Shown one piece after another: positions 25,379 through 32,048 of a stretch of 32,048 nt of DNA. Numbering within the stretch: position 1 is the first letter of the stretch; each line of letters starts with the position of its first letter. Under the pieces are notes generated by a model that ran no database searches, was not told where the DNA came from, and was given only the letters and a program-made list of their open reading frames with translations. Origin of the DNA: an uncultured Terriglobales bacterium (GTDB taxonomy: Bacteria; Acidobacteriota; Terriglobia; Terriglobales; Acidobacteriaceae); the NCBI GenBank assembly GCA_964439495.1, contig CAYTQA010000001.1, positions 1 to 32,048 on the forward strand, read 5' to 3'. The position numbers and the translations under genes were made by a program.

Positions 25379-28195
25379 TTATTGCGGTACGCGCTCCCGA
25401 GCCGCTTTGAAATACTCCGCCAGCGCCTGGCCGGTATAAGACTTTTTATTCCGCGCGATGGCTTCCGGCGGTCCCTGGGCGACGATGCGCCCACCTTCCT
25501 CGCCTCCTTCGGGGCCGAGATCGATGATCCAGTCGGCATTGCGGATTACATCCATGTTGTGTTCGATGATGACGATGGAATTTCCCAGGTCCGTAAGCCG
25601 ATGTAAAACATCGAGCAGCTTTCGCACATCGTCGAAGTGCAGCCCGGTAGTGGGTTCATCGAGCAGGTAGAGCGTCCTGCCGGTCTGCCGCTTGCTCAAT
25701 TCCCGCGCCAGCTTGATGCGCTGGGCCTCGCCGCCTGAGAGCGTCACCGCGGATTGCCCCAGATGGATATATCCCAGGCCGACATCCACCAGGGTCTGCA
25801 GCTTCTGGTGGATTTGAGGAATGTCCTGCAACACTGGCAGCGCGTCGGCGATGGGCGTCTCCAGCAGGTCGGCAATGGAATAACCTTTAAAGCGGACGGA
25901 GAGCGTTTCATGGTTATAACGCTTGCCGCCGCAAACCTCGCAAAGCACATAGACGTCCGGCAGGAAGTTCATCTCGATGCGCCGCTGGCCCTCTCCCTGG
26001 CAGGCCTCGCAGCGTCCGCCACTTACGTTAAAGGAGAACCGTCCCGCTTTGTAGCCGCGTTCGCGCGACTCCGGCAGCATGGCATAGAGGTCCCGGATCG
26101 CGGTGAATACCCCGGTATAGGTCGCGGGGTTGGAGCGGGGAGTGCGACCAATGGGGGATTGGTCGATGCGAATCACCTTGTCCACATGCTCGACGCCGCT
26201 GACCGACTTGTGCGCGCCAGGCTCTTCGCGGGAGCGGTAAAGCTGCCGCGCCAGGGTGCGGTAAAGAATGTCGTTTACCAGGGTGGATTTGCCCGAGCCG
26301 CTTACCCCGGTGACCACTGTGATCACTCCCAGAGGGAAGGTCGCATCAATGGTCTTTAGATTGTGTTCGTGCGCTCCGAGCACGGTAATGGATTTTCCAT
26401 TGGTGGTCCGGGGCGCGGGACGCGCGGCGATCGCCATCTGTCCCGAGATATATTTGCCGGTCAGCGAATCGGAGGACTGCTCAATCTCTTCCGGCGTGCC
26501 TGCTGCCACTAATTCGCCGCCATGCTTTCCCGCTCCGGGGCCGAGATCGATCACATAATCGGCGCGGCGAATGGTTTCTTCATCGTGTTCCACCACCAGA
26601 ACGGTGTTGCCGAGGTCGCGCAAGGACTCAAGCGCGGCCAGCAAGCGGGCATTATCGCGATGGTGCAGGCCGATCGACGGCTCGTCCAGCACATACAATA
26701 CCCCGCGCAGGCGCGAGCCGATCTGCGTTGCCAGGCGGATGCGCTGGCCTTCCCCCCCGGAGAGCGTTGCCGCCGAACGGTCGAGCGAGATGTATCCCAG
26801 TCCAACTTCGTGGAGAAAGCCGAGGCGCTCCGTAATCTCGCGCAGCACGCGTCCGGCGATGCTTTGCTCACGGTCGTTGAGCTTCATCTTGGACGCGGTT
26901 TCCAGCGCCCGCGTGAACGGCATCTCCGTGAATTAGGCAATTGAGACGCTATTCACCCCGACCGCCAGGCTCTCGGGGCGCAAGCGTTTTCCCTGGCACG
27001 CCGGACACGTAGTGGCCGACATATAATTCAGCAGCCATTCGCGGTAGCTCTCCGAGGTGGATTCCTCCAGATTTTGTTTTAGAAAAGCGATGATGCCATG
27101 GAATCCGGTGCGTGGGGCCTCCCGCTCTCCGGGGCCGTACAGCAGCAGGTTCTGCTTTTCCTGCGGCAGCTTTTCAAAAGGAGTGCCGAGATCGATCTTG
27201 TACGCTTCGGCCGCCAGGGCCAGCATGCGTTGCAGGTAGGTGGAACCCGAGCCCGGACCCAATCCCCCATCGAGCAGGGGTTTCGACCAGTCCACAATGA
27301 TGAGCGCCGGATCGAAATCGTATTTGCTGCCCAGGCCGTGACATTCCGGACATGCCCCATAAATGCTGTTGAAGGAGAATGATCGCGGCTCCAGGGCAGG
27401 GATGTTGATGCCGCAATCCGGGCATGCCATCTTGGCGGAATAGAGCTGCTCTTCTCCGCCCACGATCACCACCTGTACCAGTCCGTCCGCCAGCTTCATG
27501 GCGGTGGCCACGGAACTCTCAAGCCGCTTCTCGATTCCCGGCTTTACCAGCAGACGGTCCACAACTACTTCGATGGTGTGATTTTTGCGCTTGTCCAGCT
27601 TGATGTCTTCATAGCTCTCGTCGCTGCCATCCAGTGTGCGCAGCTCGCCGTCGATGCGGGCGCGCGTATATCCCTGCGATGCCAGCTTCTCCAATTCCTT
27701 CTTGAACTCGCCTTTCCGTCCACGCACGATCGGCGCCAGGATCATCACCCGGTCCTCGGGCTTCAGGGCCATTACGCGCTGCACGATCTGTTCAGCCGAT
27801 TGCCGAGAGATGGCGCGTCCGCATCGCGGGCAATGGGGCACGCCCACCGAGGAATAAAGCAGGCGTAAATAGTCGTAAATCTCGGTGATGGTGCCGACTG
27901 TCGAGCGGGGGCTGCGGCTGGTGGTCTTTTGCTCGATGCTGATCGATGGGCTCAACCCCTCGATGGAATCCACCTCCGGGCGCTCCATCTGGTCGAGGAA
28001 TTGCCGGGCATAGGCGGAGAGGGTCTCGACATAGCGGCGCTGTCCCTCGGCATAAATCGTGTCAAAGGCCAGCGAAGACTTGCCGGAACCGCTCAGCCCA
28101 GTGATCACGGTGAGGGTATTCCGTGGAATATCCACACTGATGTTCTTAAGGTTGTGCTGGCGCGCGCCCCGAACTGAGATTTTGGAGATATACAT
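25379..28195 (-). pseudogene. uvrA: Excinuclease ABC subunit A with a single in-frame TAA (complement of 26933-26935). The ORF track splits it into 26933..28195 and 25379..26923, which share one frame.
   Basis: N-part motifs: [57 protein letters not shown]..., the zinc modules CPRCGR and [13 protein letters not shown], and CPACQGKRL. The minus strand then reads ...[19 protein letters not shown]..., followed by [17 protein letters not shown]...[10 protein letters not shown]...VVEHDE, a second Walker [18 protein letters not shown]...CEVCGGKRY and [15 protein letters not shown]. The total of ~937 codons is a normal UvrA length. Confidence 0.95.
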
Positions 28196-28358
28196 CGATA
28201 GAAATCAGACGCGTTCCTGAATGCTTGCCCCGGTAAGAGTGCAGACCCACAGAACGCTCCAGAAAGGCAGGGACGCAACTCTACTCCGTATCTTATTAGT
28301 TAACACCGGAGAGCGTCAATGCAGGATAAAGTCCAACACAAAGGTTTCTCCCGGGTGA

Positions 28359-28501
28359 CGGAAGTAACCATATTCACGGAAGTGCGCGGAAGTACATGCA
28401 CTTGCGCGATATTGATGCATATTGAAGAAGAGTCCACATTAGATCTGCAAGCCGCTACACCGGCCCGCAGAGCAGAGATAAACAACTAAGCCGGCGGAAG
28501 T
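28359..28501. promoter_or_regulatory. Cluster of four CGGAAGT(R) direct repeats plus an imperfect 24-nt palindrome in the uvrA / small-ORF divergent intergenic region
   Basis: CGGAAGT occurs at 28359-65, 28377-83, 28387-93 and 28495-501, each followed by A or G. CGCGGAAGT-ACATGC-ACTTGCGCG (28385-28408) has 9-bp arms with one mismatch. The region is visibly more AT-rich than its flanks. Confidence 0.4.
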
Positions 28502-28527
28502 GACATCAGACTGAAGGTAAAGGCAAC

Positions 28528-28746
28528 GTGGATCTGGCATTCTTAAACTCAGCGGTCTTAAACTTTGTGACGACAACAACTCTTCTTTTAACGGTAATTT
28601 CAGCCCTGCTGCTGGGCATCTATACGGCATATTGGAGCATACGAGGCATTCTGTACGCCTTCGGACGGCGCTCCGTTGCTGTTCCAGCCAAGGCCACGGC
28701 CAAGGTTGTTCAGTTTCCAGCCAGCGTTAATGCTGCCCGCGGCTAA
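28528..28746 (+). CDS. Small hypothetical membrane protein (72 aa, one predicted TM helix)
   Basis: The GTG start is preceded by AAGG. The hydrophobic stretch TTLLLTVISALLLGIYTAYWSI is followed by a basic tail. A strong intrinsic terminator lies about 35 nt downstream. Confidence 0.45.
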   Translation: MDLAFLNSAVLNFVTTTTLLLTVISALLLGIYTAYWSIRGILYAFGRRSVAVPAKATAKVVQFPASVNAARG

Positions 28747-28779
28747 CCACAAACCAAGTTGATCCTCCCCAAGGAACGG

Positions 28780-28808
28780 GCCTCACATTTGTGAGGCTTT
28801 TTCTTTTG
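28780..28808 (+). terminator. Intrinsic terminator
   Basis: GCCTCAC-ATTT-GTGAGGC is a perfect 7-bp GC-rich stem. It is followed directly by TTTTTCTTTTG. Confidence 0.7.
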
Positions 28809-28978
28809 CAGCCGCACTCGATGAATCCGTCCGCAACACGAAGAGTCCCGCTCGTACTCGCCACAACCCGGACGAGCATCGTTCACGATATGGTGGCCCG
28901 CAACGGGGAAGAGCACCGCTCCAGCGGGTGCTTCAAGGTTCGCAATGAACACGGCTTTAAGCCGAGGCTGAGACTCGC

Positions 28979-29827
28979 CTATTGGGGCGGTGGTTGGGGC
29001 GGAGGCTGTTGAGTCTGGCGCGGCGACTGGTCAGGCACGCGGTTCAATCTCCGTAGCTCCTCCAGGAGCTGTTCGGGGGATTTGGCCCCATTCTGCTGCG
29101 GGTTTCCATTCGGTGGATTTCCATTGGGCGGGTTCTGTGGCTGGGCCAGATTCGGAGGAGGCTCCAGCGGTTGCCCCTCGTCCGAGGCATCCTGGGAGTT
29201 GTCATTCTCGTCGTTAGCAACCGAGGGGTTGGGGGGATTCGGACGGTTGGGGGTATATGCGGTTTGCGTCCCTGGGGAAGGAGTGCTCACATGCGGGCTC
29301 AAGATTACCTGCTGCACGGCCTCCGGGTCCTCCACCGCGCCCACGAGGATAAAATCATAATGAGAGCCCTGCAGGAGCATATCCAGAACGGCCCGCGGCG
29401 AGCCAGGACCAAACTGACCGTATACCCGGTCTGCGCTGCCGGTTAAGCCCTCGACTTTGGCGCCGGTAATATTGGAGATCGCCTTCAGCACGTCGGTCAG
29501 AGTGGAATTATTCGCGACCACCGTCAGCGCCCCGCCCGCGTAGCTTACGCGTGGAGGCGAGGGCATCATCTGCAAAGGCCGCAAGTCTGTTCCGGACGTG
29601 GACGGGGAAGCGGCTGCCTGGGGTAGCATTCCTCCAGGCGCAGGAGCACCCGATTGCGGCCCCAAAGGACGAGCTTGCGGCTGGACCGATGGCGCCATGG
29701 CGGCCCTCGCCGTGCCAGCCGAGTGGGGATTGGGCATCTGCGCAGATGCGCTGACCGCCCAGCAAAGCGACAGCCCTAAGGCCAGTAACCGCAATGAATC
29801 CCCATTTTGTGGCGTTTGAGAGCTCAC
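28979..29827 (-). CDS. Secreted protein with an STN/secretin-N0-like central region and a Pro/Asn/Gly/Gln-rich low-complexity tail
   Basis: Signal peptide: LRLLALGLSLCWAVSASAQ. A Pro-rich linker follows. The folded-looking block is YAGGALTVVANNSTLTDVLKAISNITGAKVEGL...AVLDMLLQGSHYDFILVG. The tail reads ...PPNLAQPQNPPNGNPPNGNPQQN...QTQQPPPQPPPQ. Confidence 0.6.
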   Translation of the reverse strand: MSSQTPQNGDSLRLLALGLSLCWAVSASAQMPNPHSAGTARAAMAPSVQPQARPLGPQSGAPAPGGMLPQAAASPSTSGTDLRPLQMMPSPPRVSYAGGALTVVANNSTLTDVLKAISNITGAKVEGLTGSADRVYGQFGPGSPRAVLDMLLQGSHYDFILVGAVEDPEAVQQVILSPHVSTPSPGTQTAYTPNRPNPPNPSVANDENDNSQDASDEGQPLEPPPNLAQPQNPPNGNPPNGNPQQNGAKSPEQLLEELRRLNRVPDQSPRQTQQPPPQPPPQ

Positions 29828-29974
29828 AATAGGACTATCCTACTCCTTTGGGTGGGTAAGTTATAGTTTTCAGAGGGGCAAACAACCTAGCATCTGAGCT
29901 GCCGGAATCGGCATCTTATGTTTGTTTGAGGGCTGTTCTCTCACTGTGCGGCAGCTATCAGGAACAAAAAAGAT

Positions 29975-30988
29975 ATGAGCATGACCTTCTTCAGCGCGCG
30001 CTTTTTTACAGCATTCACCGCTTGCCTCCTGCTCCTTGCCCCATGGGCCAGGGCGCAGCAGGAATCGTGCCAGACCCAGCAGGAGATGGACGCGGCCACG
30101 CGCAGCGCCATCGAGCGCACCGCGGCGCAATTCTATACTTCGGCCGCCGCCGGCGATGCGGAGACCTTGCGCCGCAACGCCATCCCCGCGATTGCGGGGA
30201 ATTTTCAGGGCATTGCCGCTACCGTCGAGGGGAATAAAGACAAAATCTCCGGCGGTCAGGCCACGCTCCGGAATTCTTTTCTGCTGAGCGCTCCCGGCAC
30301 CGCTGCCTATGACCGGGCGGAATTTTTCTGCGGCCTGTTCAACTCGCCGCAGCGCACCTCATTTGTAATTCCCGGGCTGCCCCCTGGGACCTACGCGGTG
30401 GCGATTCAGGACGTAAGGGGTTCCAAGCTCCCCTACACCATTACCTATGTGCTTCAGCAAAATAATGGGGTGTGGCAGCTTGCCGGGTACTACGCGCGTC
30501 CGCATCAGCTTGGGCCTCATGATGGGCTATGGTACTGGGTGCAGGCGCGGGACATGAAGAAGGAAGGCCAGCAGCACAACTCCTATTTCTATTACACGAC
30601 CGCCGCCGACCTGCTCGCCCCGGTGCCCTTTATGAGCACTCTGCAATTGGACAAGCTCTACGAAGAAGAGCAGGCCGCCATTCCAAAAGATGTCCCCAGC
30701 AACCCGCAGCAGCCCGTGCCGGTTACGCTGAATGGAAAAACCTATCAGGTCCAGCAGGTCTTCGCCACGCCGGATGACAAGCAAGGCCTCGATCTGGTGG
30801 TGAAATATCAGGCGCTGTCCGATCTCTCCAATACCGGCCAGGCGTTCCAGGACAATATGAATTTTCTTAAAGGCCTCGCGGCGCAATATCCGGAATACAA
30901 AACCGGATTCACAGCGCTGGTGGCCCGCGCCGTCGCTCCTTCCGGACAGGACTACGGCTCGGTATTGCCGACCAAAGATATCAAATAG
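29975..30988 (+). CDS. Secreted hypothetical protein (337 aa)
   Basis: The signal peptide MSMTFFSARFFTAFTACLLLLAPWARAQQ is the main evidence, and I recognise no catalytic motifs. The N-terminal third (TRSAIERTAAQFYTSAAAGDAETL) is loosely NTF2/DUF4440-like. Confidence 0.55.
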   Translation: MSMTFFSARFFTAFTACLLLLAPWARAQQESCQTQQEMDAATRSAIERTAAQFYTSAAAGDAETLRRNAIPAIAGNFQGIAATVEGNKDKISGGQATLRNSFLLSAPGTAAYDRAEFFCGLFNSPQRTSFVIPGLPPGTYAVAIQDVRGSKLPYTITYVLQQNNGVWQLAGYYARPHQLGPHDGLWYWVQARDMKKEGQQHNSYFYYTTAADLLAPVPFMSTLQLDKLYEEEQAAIPKDVPSNPQQPVPVTLNGKTYQVQQVFATPDDKQGLDLVVKYQALSDLSNTGQAFQDNMNFLKGLAAQYPEYKTGFTALVARAVAPSGQDYGSVLPTKDIK

Positions 30989-31061
30989 GCTGCGGAAACT
31001 CTCAAAGACATTCATCCGGACCAGCGGGAGCGCGCGATTGCGTTACGCGGTGCGGTTTGAA

Positions 31062-32048
31062 TCAGGCAGCATGCTCCTCTTCTTCGGCCTTCCTGGCTTC
31101 TTCCAGCGCCGGCTTCCTGACCTCGAAATGGCATTCCCGCGCTGCCTTGTCCACGCGCAGTCCCTGAAAGACCGGAGCGCGCATCTTGACCCCGCCCTTT
31201 TGACCTTCATGCGTCCATTCCGTGAACTTAATCTCCGCCACCATCTCCGGCTTCACATAATGCACGCGCCGCGTGGACTCTACTTTCCCGAAAAATGGGC
31301 TGCGATCGGTCTTTAATTCCCGCAGACGCTTCCACATGGCGGCGTGCGAGCTGGCGGTAAAACCGCTGCCCGCCTGGCCGACGGGAATCAGGCGTTCTTT
31401 GTCGTCATAGAGTCCCAGCACGATGGAGCCGAAATGCTCGCGTCCGCCCCGTGGGTCGGTATATCCGCCGATCACGCATTCCTGGCGCTGCGTGATTTTC
31501 ATCTTGAGCCACTCGCGGCTGCGCTTCTGGGCATAGACCCCGTTACGCAGTTTGGCCACAATCCCTTCCAGCTTTTGCTGGGCGGCGGCCTGCATCAGCA
31601 TCGTGCCTTTTCCCACGAAGTGCTCCGAAAGGCGCACCCGCTCGCCAGGTTCCAGCACCTGCTGAAGCAGCGCCTTGCGCTCTTCGAGCGGGACCCGCAA
31701 GAGGGAATAGCCGTCCAGGTAAAGCAGGTCGAAGGCGTAATAGACGATGAAGACGCTGCGGTCGGGCGCGGTGCGCTTGTCCGGCGACTGGAAGCCGCTG
31801 CGCTGCTGCATCAAACTGAAGGAAGCGCGGCCCTCCTCGTCCAGAGCGACAATTTCGCCATCCACAATGGCGGAGTTGCACTTGAGCGATTTGCCCAGGA
31901 CCTGCAGCTCCGGAAAGTCCGCCGTCATCTCGTTCTGGTTGCGTGAGACCATGCGGATGCCCTTCTTCGCGTCTTCACCAAAGAAAACGACGGAGCGATA
32001 GCCGTCCCACTTGATTTCAAAGAGCCACTGATCGTCGTCAAAGGGCTC
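31062..32048 (-). CDS. ATP-dependent DNA ligase (LigD/LigC-type ligase domain), with its 5' end beyond the right edge
   Basis: The frame is open to the window edge. It reads EPFDDDQWLFEIKWDGYRSVVFF..., containing the adenylation motif KxDG. Then come IVDGEIVALDE, YYAFDLLYLDG, EGIVAK, WLKMK and an OB-fold region (ECVIGGYTDPRG...GSIVLGLYD). Stops at TGA 31062-31064. Confidence 0.85.
   Translation of the reverse strand, partial: EPFDDDQWLFEIKWDGYRSVVFFGEDAKKGIRMVSRNQNEMTADFPELQVLGKSLKCNSAIVDGEIVALDEEGRASFSLMQQRSGFQSPDKRTAPDRSVFIVYYAFDLLYLDGYSLLRVPLEERKALLQQVLEPGERVRLSEHFVGKGTMLMQAAAQQKLEGIVAKLRNGVYAQKRSREWLKMKITQRQECVIGGYTDPRGGREHFGSIVLGLYDDKERLIPVGQAGSGFTASSHAAMWKRLRELKTDRSPFFGKVESTRRVHYVKPEMVAEIKFTEWTHEGQKGGVKMRAPVFQGLRVDKAARECHFEVRKPALEEARKAEEEEHAA

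Noticed and set aside
28196-28340. A canonical SOS (LexA) box upstream of uvrA
   Set aside because: I looked for CTGT-N8-ACAG, GAAC-N4-GTTC and GTTC-N7-GTTC-like patterns. I found only partial matches, such as GTTCCTGAATGCTTG and GAACGCTCCAGAAA, which are not convincing.
28300-28485. A 61-aa minus-strand ORF inside the uvrA / small-ORF intergenic region
   Set aside because: It has no ribosome-binding-like site and an odd Cys/Ser-rich composition, and it coincides with the repeat/palindrome cluster. It is more plausibly regulatory DNA.
28743-29012. Two small overlapping ORFs (28743..28952 minus, 28791..29012 plus) between the terminator and the Pro-rich gene
   Set aside because: They overlap the terminator hairpin and each other. 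The plus-strand one runs into the 3' end of the convergent gene, and neither has motifs. The region more likely holds 3' UTR and terminator structures, for example the hairpin at 28913-28931.
1-32048. tRNA, rRNA, CRISPR arrays, transposases/integrases, prophage genes or known defence-system genes
   Set aside because: I scanned the intergenic spacers and ORF translations. I found no cloverleaf-like T-arm (GGTTCGAATCC-type) sequences, no regularly spaced repeats, and no recombinase, nuclease-helicase or reverse-transcriptase motifs.

Overview
This 32 kb window is mostly chromosomal core genes. GC looks moderately high by eye, and the genes and intergenic repeats look Acidobacteriota-like, which is an inference. 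All family calls come from motifs read in the ORF translations; no searches were run.

Gene content, left to right:
- An rfbB/rfbD remnant.
- An MFS transporter divergent from a hyuA/hyuB (hydantoinase/oxoprolinase) pair.
- DUF721-gatC-gatA.
- A compact polysaccharide export/polymerisation module: Wza-like, fused Wzc-like BY-kinase, a TM-TPR-CBM-like protein and a Wzy/O-antigen-ligase-like protein.
- An M61 peptidase, a DUF2934 protein and a PIG-L deacetylase.
- The conserved ffh ... rpsP-KH-rimM-trmD-rplS-rnhB cluster on the minus strand, interrupted by three unrelated genes.
- A lone receiver-domain protein, then uvrA.
- A small membrane ORF, two secreted hypothetical proteins, and a partial ATP-dependent DNA ligase running off the right edge.

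I saw no rRNA, tRNA, CRISPR array, transposase or integrase, and I do not see a convincing new multi-gene system such as a defence island.

The observations most worth a second look:
1. Three independent gene-inactivating lesions. One is an rfbB/rfbD deletion junction. One is an in-frame TAG at a conserved Tyr of gatA. One is an in-frame TAA in uvrA, followed three codons later by an ATG. The two nonsense codons sit in otherwise undecayed genes.
2. A TM-TPR-CBM-like protein whose stop overlaps the start of the Wzy-like gene (ATGA).
3. A cluster of four CGGAAGT(R) repeats plus a 24-nt imperfect palindrome in the uvrA-proximal divergent intergenic region.
4. REP-like intergenic modules at 16.3-16.5 kb.
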